Under the pieces are notes generated by a model that worked only from the letters and a program-made list of their open reading frames with translations, made no database searches and was not told where the DNA came from. Below are positions 11,852 through 26,240 of a stretch of 64,000 nt of DNA, piece after piece; the stretch's first letter is position 1, and each line of letters begins with the position of its first letter. A program made the position numbers and the translations under genes. The stretch covers positions 91,643,741 through 91,707,740 of the forward strand of contig CM041465.1 of the NCBI GenBank assembly GCA_023213395.1, read 5' to 3'. The stretch is from Cycas panzhihuaensis. Its lineage: Eukaryota; Plantae; Cycadophyta.

Positions 11852-14331
11852 TGTTTACCGGCTCCCATGAACAATATAGATACTTTGACATATAGGTAAG
11901 TGTAGGTATACTCCATTACTCATTTCACACCTCATTGATTTATTATGTCATGATCTTGGATAGTGGTTGTATGTTTGCACTTATTTATCTTACTTGTTTA
12001 CCCATATATTTTTAGTCGATGATGAGTATGACTTTAGTCAATGCATGTTAGTCCACCCATTAAGTTCTTTAAGGAAGAATGTATGTTAAATTCCCCTTTA
12101 CAACATTCTCCTTCCCTCATTTTGACCCATCAAATCCATCTTTTTTGTCATTTACTACCTGGTTTTGATTGTATCTATATCTAGGCTTCTAAATACTTGA
12201 GTTTTAGCTTAATTTTATAGGTTTTTTATTGTAAAAACTTAATCTTCTACCAAAACATTGTATATTTTTCTTGCGATAGTGATACTGTGAAGTATTTCAT
12301 GGTACCATGAATAACTCTATGGTACTGGAAATATATTCATGGTATGATTGTCACCTACCTAGATTTGAGTCGACCAGTGATAACTCACTTATAAATGTAT
12401 TCTTGTCAAGTATGTTTAATCTATATCAACTCTAAGATGGCATTGGTCAGGTTTGGGTAGGCCAAGAGGCCAAATCTCATATAAATTTTGGCATTCCTAT
12501 GTGGTCTTGATTGAATTTGTAAGCAAGACTCATGGATTTATTTGATGGTTTTCTCCTATATTGTGGGCTAAAAACCACTTAGCCTACCCCTTGCCTTCAT
12601 CTATTAAATCTCCTTATTTTTCTATTAGAAGGGAGAGATCAAGAGAGACCATAGACCATGTCATTATGTCATCTAAATTCTATTAGAATTAGGCAATCTT
12701 GATCCACACACCTTGATAGTGACTACATCCTTGGAAATTACACACCATTTATAGCAACAATGAGTCTTGGGAGAAGGATTAGCAGTCATTGGCCTCCTCT
12801 ACCATCCAAGGGAGAGGTAATCCTCCTCCTTCTACTTTGGGTAAGGTTTTCTTCATGTTTTATCACTTCTTTATATTTGTTTTGGTAGATTTATTTACCA
12901 TTGATTACTTAACTATTTCTTTATATCATGCTTTCCTTATTAGGCCATCCTTTCCTTGTCTCTTCCATAGTTTTAGAAGGAAAGGTTGCAAAGGGTGGTG
13001 GCACCCAAGTATCACTTAGGGAGACCATTATATTTGGGGGGAATTAGAGCTATTTTAAGGCTCCCTCCCTCTATTTCTTATTTGTCATTACTAATATCTT
13101 TTGGTTTAATTTTTTTTAAGGTCACTTTATATGGTTGAGATATTGTGCCTATGTTGTTATCTTTTTTATTGAGTAATTACCTTGTAGGAAAACTAACATT
13201 GTTATAGGGAGAAAGGAGGTCAAGAATCTCTCTTATTATTAGCTAAATAATTCAAGATTTCTCACCTTAGGCTTTCTTACTAGTAGCTCCTAAAAAGGTA
13301 CGGTTGATTCATTGAAACTAACCTACATTTTCTAATTTTAGAGCTTTTATTACTTTATTTTTTCCATTATAAGCATATTCAACAAGCTAAAATACTATTA
13401 AATTTTCTTTAGAAGTGCATCATAGTACTTTTTTCATTATAATTGCTTCTTGATACATTCACTACAAGCTAAAAGAATATATTGTTCGACTAGTAAACTC
13501 TACTTTTGTCAGGTACACTTCCTTTCACCTATTTTAGTTTGTTGCTTTTTCTTTTAATTAGATAAAAAAGGAGTAAAAGAAAAGTGGGAAAAGAAAAAAG
13601 GAAAGGAAGTCTTTTATTTTCTAAAGAACAAAAGAAAAGTGACTAAAAAGTAATTGCACTTGACTTATCTCCCCCTTTTTTATCCCCCTAATTTCCTTCC
13701 AAAGAGAAAGAGTTTAGGAAAAATGAAAAGGAAGTTGTTTCTTCTTTCTTTTTTCATTGTTAAAAAAAAAAAAAATTTGTTTATCCTTTTTTCCTTCTTA
13801 GTCCAAATAGGAAAAGTCCCCTAAAAAAAAAAGAAGAAAAGATAAAAAAGAGAGATAAAAAATGTTTGCATTTTTTTCCTTTTTAACTTACTTCATATTG
13901 CATTGCATTAGAAGTAGATAAATAAGTCCTTACTTTACGGATCAATCCTAAGCCTAAAATAGGAGAAGGGATTGCATATTTGTAGGTCTCAAATCTATGG
14001 GGTGACATTACAACATTAGCCAAGGCTTTTTTGTTGATTGCCTAAAAAATAAAAGAAGCATATAGTTGCATGTAGAGGCATGTTTTTACCCCTAGCTAGC
14101 CATAAGATCCCAAAAACTAGAATAGCAAGCTCATTAACATGCACATATCCACAAAATTTCCCTTAGTTTAGTCTTCACTCTATCCATAGACACATAGCAT
14201 CACCTCACTCCTACACTCAAGAGGTCTACGAATGCCCTAATTAGGGTTGTAGGTACACTTTCCCATCCATTCAATTTTTGCATCCTAGACCTTTTATAAT
14301 GAAAAAAGGATAGTGATCCACCTTACCAACA
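11852..14331 (+). repeat. 3' LTR of T2
   Basis: TGTTT start after the PPT; the end TAGTGATCCACCTTACCAACA is homologous to the other two LTR ends. Confidence 0.65.
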
Positions 14332-14349
14332 TGAGGAGCATTTTAGCCA

Positions 14350-17300
14350 CCATAGATAAAATGAAGTTAAACATGAGCATACTATGTGAAGTATGGAAAG
14401 AAATATGGTATATAAGAGACAATTCTATAAGAACATCCATAATAGTAATGGTATAGATGGCAAAACACCATAATTAAAATATGGTATAGTAACAAAAATA
14501 TATTGTATGATAAACAAATCATAAAATTAGTGAAATATCAACCCAAGTTATAAAATCATAACTACAATAGGTAGAACATGCATAAATCTTTAGTCCAAAA
14601 GTAAAATTAGATTTTAAATAAGATAAATGTTGTCTTATTTGAGTGGAAGTAAATAATAATGAGGGTTATCCTAGGGTAGAAACCCTTAAGAGGTTGAAGA
14701 TCTAAATGAGCTTAAGGGAAAAGTATTTATAGTGAGTTAATTTAGAAATTATATTTTCTAAATTGATATAGAAGTAAATTTTTTAAGAGAAATATACTAT
14801 TTTTTAAGGCTTAATTATGAAGTTAGTCTTAAGAAGTAAAACATGAGGCTATGGAAAAGGTCAAAATCATAATAGGAACATAACTTCCTCATATGGAAAT
14901 CATTTTTAATCCATGAGTACTTGATTTACATCTATTTAATGATATCTATGTAATGGACTATGTGAGAGAAGTAATTGTATTTAGAAGTAAGGTTAAAAAT
15001 ATAGAAAACTATAAAAATGAGTAAAAAAGAATAAAGTGTGAGATCACAATAGAAGAAAGATGCTTATTTGGTATATTAACTTAACTATATTATAACTCTA
15101 TATATATGAAAGATGTTGTTGGAGATATCATATTTATGAGAGATGCAATATACACAAGTAAACCAAACAAGTATTCAATCACATATAGTATAAAGTAAAC
15201 GAAAAGTAAAAGCAAGTAATCAAATGTAGCATCAAGTAAATAATAGGCAATGAATACATATCTAATGAGCTAAAAAATAAAATCATATATAAAATTCTTA
15301 AATTTTAGACAAGGGGTCCAAAACTAAGAAAATAACTTATCCCCTTAGTAATGGAGCACAACGGAGCTCACACAATAAAGATTAAATGTTGACAATATTA
15401 TATCCTACATTTGTACATATAATATTACCAATATTCTATCTATATGTTGTTAAGGTTTTATGTGAGTGTTATATACTAGAGATCAAATCCAAAATATTTA
15501 GTTTCATAAATAAGTAGTAAAATGATTTCTAAAATGCTTACTATTTTGGAGACTATATTAAGTTATATAATAGTGGAAAAGTTATGAACAACCCTATACT
15601 AGACATAATACTACTGGCGTGATCTCAAGTAATCTCAACAAGTATAGAAGGACCAATATTTCCTTAGTTTTTTTCCTATACATATATGAATAAATATTGT
15701 CATGATAAATAGAAATAGTAATATAAGACTTACATTGAAAAAAATAATCTAATAATTATGGGAGTGTGTGGGAATCAACTAATAAAAAAAATAATATGGC
15801 AATACAAAATCTCTATATCCTAATAAAAATCAACTCATGTGTGACATCCAATAATAACAATTTTAGTATCTTATTGTATCTTCTTATAACATCTCTTTTA
15901 TATGCATCAATCTAGCTTACAATCCACTAAATATAACATCTCTTGTTAGTCATGTCTGAATAGACAAGTCTACCATTCAATGAATGAAACCAATCATCAT
16001 TAAACCCATAGACAAGTCAATGAATATATAAGTTTTCTTCTTTTTTTTCCCTTTTTTTAGGCATTAATTCTTATAACATATTTTTTCTACATATATATGA
16101 TTTAATAAATAATTATATAAGACTAATAGAAAATCTATCCACCACTAAATTCATAGAGAGGATGATAATCTTATCTGGACTAGCATAAGGGCCTTAAGAT
16201 ATAAGAGTTACTTTTTTAGTGTGAGTGAGGAGAAATCAATTAGTTTAGAGATGTCTACTTTCTTGTATATGTATTTAATAAAATGTAAAATCTAATATAA
16301 TCAAATTATTATCTATTTAGACCAAACCATAAGAAATTTAAGAGTGAGCTAATCAAATATTAATTTCTAATTTGAATCAAGGGTACTAACATGTATGAAT
16401 GTATATGACGAAGTGCTAAGGTATGACTAAGTAGTCTAGGTAATCTAATACTATATAGATTATGAAAAACTACATTGGTATATGTAGTGACAATGAATAA
16501 TGCCAGGCCAATGTATAAGAATGTGTATGTTGAGTCTATACTCGTGGAAAAGTATGTATGCCTAGTTTATACTCTTATAGGAGTATGTGTCTTATCATAG
16601 TTTTATCTCTTCAACAGCTAAATTTTTGGAGCCATAGTTTATCTTCATTGATAATATTGTCATAGTTTATACTCATTGTAGAGTAATTATATATATGAGA
16701 ATCTTAAAATATTATAAATTTCCTATTATTATTATAAGAAAGTTCTTATTTGAAAAGAATCATTTGATTTTAACTAACCAAAAGATTCACTTCTTAGGAA
16801 GATGTTACATAAAGAATAGTATAAACTATGTATTTACCTTTATTATTGAGTGTGAGATCTTATTTATGAGAGACCTTTTGCTCATTGTTGGGCAAAGGAT
16901 TATCTTCTTTAAAAGATGATGAGGATATAGAAGAAATGTTGAATTTAGGTAAATTAATGTTATTATTTTATTTTTGTTGTTGTTATCTTCTCCTATTATT
17001 ATTGCAAATAAGTTGTTGTTGGTGTTGCATATAACCTTAGGACTCAATACTATAAAGAGTCCAACACTATCAGAGTGACTCTTCATACCACAAAGTACAC
17101 CAAGGACTAATGTATCCATGTGGGTATATAATATGTGTTTTGATAAAATTAATAGCTTTAAATTATAGGATGCCTTATATAAGAGACTCCAAATATTAAC
17201 TAGAGTGAACTTGATATTGAGATGAAGGAGGTAACAACTTTAACATAATTAATTATACTTGATCATATGAGATTGTTTGAATATTAAGTGACATGTCCCT

Positions 17301-18490
17301 AAGACATAAGAGCATTATTTCCATAACCTGCACTATGGAAGAGATGGAAGCATAATCAAAGGAATAGAAAGATATTTATCAGGGAGGTAACATAATTACC
17401 AATAATTATGTAGGAGGAGGATAACTAAACAAAGAAGCTCTTAATGGTTGTTATATGAAAGAGGTGATAAGAGGCTTAACTTTAACTTTTGGTGAAGGTA
17501 AGTGAGGTAAAGAGAATAAGTTGACTTCATCTTTTAACAAAGGTAAAGTAGAGGGTGAGAATGTATATTTATCATCAAGAGCATCTCCTATAAGTGGTTT
17601 ATCAACAAAAGGATCAAATACATCAATAAGAGGGATTTGAAGAGGAGTTTTAGATTATTATGATCATCTTACTTAAAAAAGGAAACTCGATTATAAATAG
17701 TAAATATTAATATTAAGATTATTTGAGATAACAATCCAAAGGTGAAGGAAACAAAGGAATGCCCACTTCAAAGAAAGATTAAGAAGGTGAAACGTAAGCA
17801 TGATTGTTGCAATAATCATAATACAAGATACTATTCTCTTATGAGTATGAAACAATCTTCATGGTGGAATGGGATGTTTTAGGAGTATGGGGGCAAAGTA
17901 AATAATGAATTATGTGAGAGAAGACTCCCTAATATGGTTACCAAAATATTTTGTGTGAAATGGACCTTATTCTTTTAATCTAAAAAATAACCTAGATCTA
18001 AGATAAAACCCTAAAAGAAAATAATAAAACTAACTACACAAGGAATACTATCCCTATGAGTGATGAAAGAATATTTATGTGTGTTTAGTTTCCAATTATA
18101 TCAAAATATAACAAGGTAAGAGAGTATTTGTAGAGAGCAAATAAAGTATCTTTAATGGTGATTTTTGGGTTCTTTTACAATATCAATTTATTTTGTATAG
18201 TTTCCCAAAATAATTAATTAAATTCTTTCTATTATTCCCTTTATAATAATCAATCAAATGAAAGACAAAATAAATCAAATAATAATAAAAGATCTTATCT
18301 AGTTTATTGCTTAAGAGATGCTTCATTGTGTTCTTCCTTCCTTATTTAATATTCTTTTTGTTGTAAGACCATACTAGAGAAAAACTATTAAGGGACTCAT
18401 TATGTGTTAAAGAAAAATATAAATCTATCTAAGAAAAAACCAAAAGGGTCACATCATAGATGAGGGAATGTGTGATTTATGTAAACAAGA
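14350..18490 (-). mobile_element. Highly decayed minus-strand LTR element (PBS at 17926-17943, LTR-like sequence from ~17952); internal ORF unassigned
   Basis: Minus strand TGGTAACCATATTAGGGAG resembles the PBS at 6719-6736. An interrupted frame runs ~17700 to 16830 without a recognisable domain. Boundaries are approximate. Confidence 0.35.
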
Positions 18491-18699
18491 CACCATAAGA
18501 ATTTTTTTGAAGTAATGTTCAATAAGAGAAGAAGATCAAATAAGAGAGAAAAATAAATGAATTATAATAGTTAAGAATTAAATCAGAAAATAGTGTAAGG
18601 TAATCAAAAAACTAAAATGAAATAAATAAGGAGTGACAAAATAATATCAAAAGATATAAGATAATAAAGAGGAATTTCATCATGCTATTAGGATTTATA

Positions 18700-19600
18700 T
18701 GGTAGTTTTGCAATAGTTGTGGTTGATGATTCTATGCTATAGATCATGGAATTAGTGACTATAGTCTATATTGATTCTCTTTGTACATTTGCCTAGTGGT
18801 TGAAGATTAAGATCTTAATGCATTTAGTGGTAAGTTAAATTTGGAGTTGTGAGTTTTGGTAGGAAGATTATTTTTTGATTCTCCATTCTTATGTTTGCTC
18901 ATTGTTTGAAGGATGTGATTTTGTTACTTATAGAAGTTAAAGAGTGGCTTGTGGGGATAGACGACATCAAGTCAAATGTTGGTGGGTGGACTTTGTACTA
19001 CTATAGGATCTCAACTATTTAAGGGGTTATATGCCTTCTATTAATATTATAAACTTCATCATATAATATTCTTCTCTTGTGGGTGTTATTGGAAACAAAA
19101 TATTTGAACATGATGAAGTTTTGTCAAGGCATCCTCTAACTTTATAGTCTAGCAAGCCTACCTATTATAAGTAGGGTAGGCCATAGGAATGAATTAGATG
19201 GAAGTCTATCCTATTCTTGAGATCTACACTTTGCCATTTGTCTCTTAAAATACTTAAGTCTTGGTGATTGGTGTTGAAGCTTTTTTATAGATTTTAGAGT
19301 CCAATTCAAGGTTTCTTAAAGGATAATCTTTCATTTGGTATCCCCATATGCTTCTAATGATTTTTATTCTTTTATATCCAATTATCTAGCAACCTATTGA
19401 TCTAGATTTCAAGCCTATTTACAAAGTTTGTTCATGATTATTAGGGTTGCTCTAATTTTTGGCTAATCTTATGAGTAACCTTTAGATGGATGATATGCTA
19501 GATTTGAGGCCTCAACAAGGCATATTCAATCTTAGTATGATTCTTTTTACAAGTAGTCTTTTTTCCATCTTCTCTTTTCATCATCTTTTTAATATTTTTT
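18700..19600 (-). mobile_element. Possible LINE (RTE-like) 3' fragment
   Basis: Minus-strand HMGIPNERL..KK and neighbouring peptides weakly resemble RTE C-termini. Confidence 0.25.
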
Positions 19601-19714
19601 TAGTTTATTTATTTTTGGATTTCTCTTAGCTCTCCCTTTTAGTTAGATACTTAAGGGTTTGTAAACTATATGGGAAATGGTATTCCTTTTTAACTAGCAC
19701 ATTCTTATTATCTA

Positions 19715-20380
19715 ATATAAGGAATGAAAATAATAAGAAAATAAGAACAAGATAAGATCATAATTGCATAGTGATATAAAAGAAATAATCTTGTATTAGA
19801 TTACAAATGAATACAATAAGCTATTAGTATCTACTCACCTTACAGTAATCAATTTAATTAATTGATGAGAGTAAGATCACTTCTCATTAACAATAAGAAT
19901 GCAAGTGGAAGAATAAAGTAGAAAAGCAAGAAAATAATAGGTACAACTCATGTGTGCTCTTACATAAGAGAGACTATAAGTACAACTTATGCAGACTCTT
20001 GAATGTGAAAGAACAACTATAAAAATATAACTCTTAAGAGAACGTACTTAATATGACTCATTGTTAACTTGAAAAAAATAATGAGCAAGAATTAGACATT
20101 ATTTTTAACAAGAGTCCCTCCTAACTATCCTTTAAAGAAATTCTTTTGGCTACAGCTCTTAGTTCTTGCCTATAATCTAGGGCTTCTTTAAAATCAAACC
20201 CTTCTTATATTTTGGATATAAAAAGCTCACCTAAAATATTCAGTAAATAAAACAAATACTAAAAGAAATTATTGAATAACCCAAGTCTTCAAATAACCTC
20301 TAAAAACTTTGAGTGTAAGGTGACCTTTCTAAAAAAGCCTATTATGATATATTGATTCTTAAGAGTTTAGCCATCTAACA
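19715..20380. repeat. Probable solo-LTR-like insertion near the start of L1 ORF1
   Basis: LTR-like composition ending CTAACA at 20380, where the L1 ORF1-like frame resumes. TSD not resolved. Confidence 0.3.
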
Positions 20381-21707
20381 CCACCCTGTAAAGGTGGATC
20401 AAGAATGGATGGAGAGAGAAACTAAACCTAAAGAGAGACATAGATATAAATCTTAAGGATAAGGGATTTTTCATAGTAGCCTTTTCCCTTTAGGAAAATA
20501 AGGAGAAAGTCTTTGAGGATGGACCTTACTTCTTGAGTTCACATATCTTATACATGCATTTTTTGCCACCTATGTTTAACCCCAAAAATAAGTATTTCTG
20601 TAAAGCCCCAATATGGATTAAATTGTATTACCTTCTTTGGAGTTTTGGTATGAGGAGATATTAAAAGGAATTAGTGATAAATTTGTGTCATTTATTAAAG
20701 TTTCACTAAGCATTATATAGTTTATGCATGCATATACATCCAAATGAACATATCCATCCAACCTCTAAAAGCCATTATTCTAAAATATGATTGAAGGGAG
20801 TGGGTTCAACCTATGGATTATGAGAAAATTCCTTTCAAATGTGAAATCTTCCATGAACACCTTTAAAGAGATTACCTAACCAATATAAAGATCAAAAAGG
20901 ATCTGAAGGTAAACCTTAAGGATTTTCATCTAGATAAAGACAAACCTTGGTAGAATAACAAGAGATGGATTTTAAAAATTGGAATTGACTTGCATAGAGG
21001 AAATTGATTTAAAGCCCTCTTTAAAGAAAATAAAGAGGAAAATCCAAATTATTTAGGAATAGAGCTTCCAAATTAGAAAGAAGACTAAAAAATGGATGCT
21101 AATATGTATTTGGAAATAGGAAAGGAAAATTGAAGCAAATCCATTATTGAGAATACATACATTATGATATGTAGAGAAATCTTAGAAAACAATATGCAAG
21201 TAGAAAAATATATGAAGGAATTTACTATTCTCAAGACATTGATTATGATCTAAAATTAAAAGATATAAATAAAGAAGTTAGGAAATTAAAGGAAGATCTT
21301 AAAATAGATAGCTAGGAGCCCTTAATGGCTTCTTCCAACATTGATATAGAAGGTGTTAACTAATCACTTATCACTAGGAGCTCCCTTTAAGAGATGGAGG
21401 AGGAGAAAGAAGATAGGGGCCAAGGTGCAGGATCACCAGTGGGATGCTTGATGATAGATGAAAACTTATCAAGCAAAATGGAGGAGGTTGAAAGAACCAA
21501 GAGTGATGGAATTTTTTCACAAAGTAAGGAAATCCATTCAACTAGTATGGATAATTAATTATAAACATATGAGGAAGCTATATCAAAGGTAAAAAATTAA
21601 AGTAGCTAATAAGAAACCATAGAACAAGTAAAACAAGCGAGGGGCTCAAATGCTAAAATACTAGGACTTAAAGCCCTCACTCTTAAGAACCAAAAAGAAA
21701 AAGCTTC
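20381..21707 (+). pseudogene. L1 LINE ORF1 (DUF4283 plus zinc-knuckle region)
   Basis: KGFFIVAF...VFEDGPYFL...FNP...APIWIKLYYL.LEFWYEEILKGI...YEKIPFKC. Confidence 0.82.
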
Positions 21708-22569
21708 TGTTAAAATATTACCCGACTAATGTAAATGTAATATATGAATCTTTTTTTATTATTATTTATTTGGGTTAACAGATGTAAAAGATATTTAACA
21801 TTTTTGGTCTTACAGATCTATAAATACCCAAAGACCATTTATACTCTTATGTTTTTTGGATCCAATGTAATCATTGTACTAAGGTAGGTTTACCCACTAA
21901 ATCTCTTTGTGTACTCATTTCTGTGATTGGCGTATGCATATTTGATCTGGTTTGCTCTGATTTTAACATGGTATCAGAGCTCATGGTTGTACACTACCAT
22001 TGGGTGAGCCGCATGGTGTCATGATCTGATTACTAGACGTATAGAAGTATGGTATCGTGTAGAGCTAGTGCAGCCCTATCCTTAGTTCCATTTGATGTTT
22101 GAGAAGAGTTTTGAAGGTGAATCAACCTTGAAGATGCTGCAGATTCCCTATTCTGGTCTCATCTAAAGGTACTTTATTTTATTCCTCCATTTCTCTTGCT
22201 CTATTGTCTTTATAGTGTTGTACTCTTATCCCTTTGCATGGCCATATTTGTTTTACTATTCGTGCATCATTATAAAACCTAGAGATTGTTGTAGAACATC
22301 AGTATATTGTGTTGACATCCACTTTACCTTCAATGTTTGTATTTGTCCAAGCAAACTTCAGGCATTCTGGCTATAAACCATATTACTTTGTCACCCTTCA
22401 TTGCCCTCCTCCTCTGTCTGGTTAAGGAACCCACTATTCTCCTCATTGTGATTGCATCATCAATAATTATTTGGAGACTACTGAGACCTTTTTTAGCTGC
22501 CTTTATTTAAGATTAGAATATGTATTGGTCTACATCTATTGTATGTTATTGTGCTATGAATAGAGTATG

Positions 22570-23090
22570 ACTACCTATCTTCTATTTTGTCTCTCTGCTA
22601 TTGTATATACATTGTGTATAAGCAGCTGTACATGTTTACGTATATGCTCATCATTTAATGTCTTCACTGTGTATATCCTCACACATTTGGTATCATCCCT
22701 ATCTGTGTATACTCTCACCCATCTGGCATTTTCTCTGTGTATATACTTACATATTTGTCATATTTTTTGTGTATATTCTTATGCGTCTGGCATCCTCTCT
22801 TTCTATGTATACTCCTGCATGTTTTGGCATCTATATAGTATTCATTTTCTATGTATATATAGTGTTGTTTCAAGTATATGCAGTGTGCATTTACATTTTA
22901 TTATGTATATGTAGTGCATCTCTGTAGTTACATCCTTATGTCTCTGTGTATATACTATATCATTGAGTTAGTCGCATGTCAGCCGTGTGTATACGCTATA
23001 TCATTGAGTCAGTCACATGTTATCCATGTGTATATACTGTGTCATTAAGTCATACAATGTGTCTCTATGTATATGCACTATTGTGTCAAC
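22570..23090 (+). repeat. Degenerate tandem repeats (~30-41 bp) in the Copia A leader
   Basis: TGTGTATAYRCTRTRTCATTRAGTYA-type units occur 3-4 times at 22945-23090, with TCTGTGTATAT-type units upstream. Confidence 0.65.
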
Positions 23091-23379
23091 GTTGGAACGT
23101 GTACAACTCTTGTACTTAGTATTATAATCTTTAAATTCCTTAGTACGCACTTGGGTAAGATGCATTTGTAGTGTTGTATGGTGTAATCCTTGGTGTTGAT
23201 GTTGGTATTTTGAACAGTGCATTATTTGGCAGTTGGGGATTATGACAGCTATTTGATGAATTACTTTCTTGATGGTTATGTATATGAGAAGTAACTTTTA
23301 TTAATGAGGATTAATATTTAAATGAGTAAAGTTAAGAATACTTTGGGTAGCGATTTCTTCATTGAGAGTTATTGGTATG

Positions 23380-26012
23380 TGTTTCCCGGTTATCAGGAAT
23401 GGATTTGGGATGCATCGACTTAGGTAAGCTTAGGTATATGTACTTGCTCCCATCCTCACTCTTATTTGACCGAGGTTACTTAGTGTATTGCCTAACGTAT
23501 GCTTGCCTATCATTTGCATGACTACATTGCTTTCTTGCTTGATCACATTGCTTCTGCCTGCTGCACACCACTAAGCCTATGATGTCCCACCGTGGGGGCA
23601 CTCCTCAGCGAATCTTGCACCCCATATGGTACTTAGCCACCTACATCATCTCCATAGCCCCTTGAGCACCTTAGTTGTCTATGTCTCGCCCATGACAGCA
23701 TCTTGCCTCTACTTTGATTTGCTTTCTAAGTATGATAGGACCCCCGGTTGAGACCCATCCCTCTCTTCTGACCACCTGTCGGTCACCTAGGCAATAATCC
23801 CTAGCCTGCTCAGCCTTAACATACCTACTATTTGGCTTCAAGCCCCATTTCTGTCCTAATTTTAGCCTACAGGCCCGCACCACTATAAACTTAGGCATCT
23901 GCGGGTATTTGTCGCGATCTGTGAAGTTTACCACGCAAGCATCGCTTAAAAATATTTTTTAAAATAGTCACGGCAGTTCCCACTCTTTTCGCGGAACTGC
24001 CACGTGGCGTCCATGCCTTTTTACTTTCCCACAACCCTAAACGTTCACTTAGGGTTAGTGGGAACATAAAACCCAAAAAGTGAATCATTTTGCTCTCTTC
24101 TTCTTCCATTTTTTTATTGCACCACCATAGCTCTCCCTGTAGGACTACAAAAGGACATGCTCTTTGGCTCTGGTACTCTTTCTATAGGTATTCCTACTGC
24201 ATCTCAGGTCCAGCTCTAGCAGCTCAGGCCCTCTCTTTGCAGGTTTACATGGTGGAGAAAGGAGCACTTACAGGAACTCTCTAAAGCAAAGCTCCAAGGT
24301 CCCAAAACCACAGTTGTGTTCCCACAGTTGCCTCTCCTTTAAGCTAGCCTCCAAAGCCTATCAAACATAGGTTTCTTCTCCTATTTTCCAATAGGAATAA
24401 GCTTCTATTCCATGTTGTAAGGTACTTCTCAGTGTTTGCTCTAAGATTTATATTTTTTTCCCTTACTTTCTATGAACAGTTCTTAAGTATTTTGTTGTTC
24501 TTGACTTCGTACCTTTTTAGAACTAGCTGTTTGCACCCTATCTTGTAGTGCTCCCCCTCATTTTCCTACAAGTCCAATTTAAGGTGGCTGTGCAAGAGGG
24601 TTACACAAGGAAAGGTGGAGGAAGAAAGGCAAGGTTAGTCCCCCTTGTTAACCTTCTCCCCAAGGGTCCAAACCCTTCCTTTCCTTCCTCTTGCACTTAT
24701 TGCCTCCCTTGGAGCTGGGCTAGGGCCTTGGGAACCTATTTCTAGATCTGAACCAGCATTGGAAGCCCCTTGCCACACTGGTTTTAGACCCACATTTGCT
24801 AGTTTTGGGTACCACATAAGCCCCAAAACCCTTCTCGGTTGGTTTATGACCCGTAGCCCATCCCAACCGGAAGATTTACTGCTCATAGCACTTCGCCCCT
24901 TGGGTGTGCTTGTACATCATTCCGTTGGTTTATTTTCTCTCTTACTCAGTGCCCTATACAGTCAGTATAGTTTACTTTTCTTCCTCTGAGAGGCCACGTG
25001 GAGATTTATGTGGGTGAGCTAGCCATTCTGAGGCTAACTCTTTTCCTTTAGTAATCTTGGCCGGTGTTGATGTCATTGAGTCCTATTTGGAGTTTTTTGG
25101 AGTAATGTGCAATGTGTCCTTGATTTAATTTGATATCAACTTCTTTGTATTTACACATACATATAGTAGATATATTTGGTACCGCCTCTTCCGGGAGGGA
25201 GAAACGTTCATATTATGACTAACAGGTTTTGTGGTAACAAAGATACACATGAGGCGAGTTCGTTAATAGGTTAGCCTCTTATTAGTTGTATTTCCTTATT
25301 TCTTTTTCGCTATTTTTACCTTGCTTTGCTTCTTTTGCATATTTGGGAAAGGTAAGATAGCCCCTCAACCGCTCACGGCAACCATCGCCAGCTAGTCTCA
25401 CCTATGCGACAAATTGGAGCGGGAGAGCGCGCAAAGAAATAAAGGTCGCAACACTCCTTTCGCACGCCATGTCCAGGTATTCTTCTTCTCTGTTTGTCCT
25501 TTTCTATAGCATTTTTCTTCCATGTATATATTTGCATACTAAAACATGTAGGAAATGAAAAAGAGAAAAGGAATTCATCTTTGCATTCGTATGTCTTTTC
25601 ATTTATAGTTGCTTTTACCACGTGTAGATAGTTTTCTTGAAAGTGAGTTATCCGTTCCTCACTTCCTCGACTAGCCTACACGTAGGATATCATACTACGC
25701 ACTTTCACCTGCACGTCGCCTTGTCTCTTTCTTGAGAAGATGCAACCCTTCAAGATCCCTCTTCCTCTTCCCAGCCATCTAAGGGGTAGGAGGGCCTCAC
25801 CTTTTGGGATGACCTAAGGCCTCACCTTACATCCCTCTCTGAAGATCACCCTAAAAGCAACTAGGTACCATTTGCAGGTCCCAAATCCATGCTCTAGCGC
25901 ATGGATGCCCTGCGTAGTGTTTTCTTGTCGACTGACCCCACTCATAGCCCGACTCTGTCTTAGATAATCATATCTTGCTAAACATAGGAGACCACCCCAT
26001 AGGTGCGTTTTA
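23380..26012 (+). mobile_element. Solo LTR of the Tat-like family inserted in the Copia A leader
   Basis: Homologous to 3316-6302 from TGTTTC to ...CTAAACA (25984). Direct repeat GTATG at 23375-23379 and 26013-26017. Confidence 0.8.
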
Positions 26013-26240
26013 GTATGTGAGATTACATCTAGGTGATTAGAAGAACAACTGATGATTACATTAATTCAAGAGTGCATTATATTGTATTTTACAATTAGAC
26101 TTGAGAGTTGTTGGTTCAAGTGTTTCAGGTTCTAAAGTTATGGCTTGATTGATCTTGAGTTGTGCTTTTAAGTCTGTTATTCAAGAGAGGTAACTTGGTT
26201 TCAGTTGTATTTTTGAGCTATTTTTTCATTCAATTTAATC

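Larger units (their letters stand above)
8070..14331 (+). mobile_element. Tat/Ogre-like Gypsy element T2, 5'-truncated: integrase C-terminus, repeat-rich 3' region, aRH, PPT, 3' LTR
   Basis: Integrase remnant, aRH homologous to that of T1, and a PPT/LTR junction homologous to T1 (AAGGAAGCAA|TGTTTACCGG). Confidence 0.78.

Noticed and set aside
21969-21980. tRNA genes at the TGGTATCAGAGC sites
   Set aside because: These are only 10-12 nt complements of the tRNA-iMet 3' end (PBS); no cloverleaf is present.
22567-22927. Cys/Tyr-rich membrane-like ORFs
   Set aside because: They are translations of TGTGTATAT-type degenerate repeats in the Copia leader.
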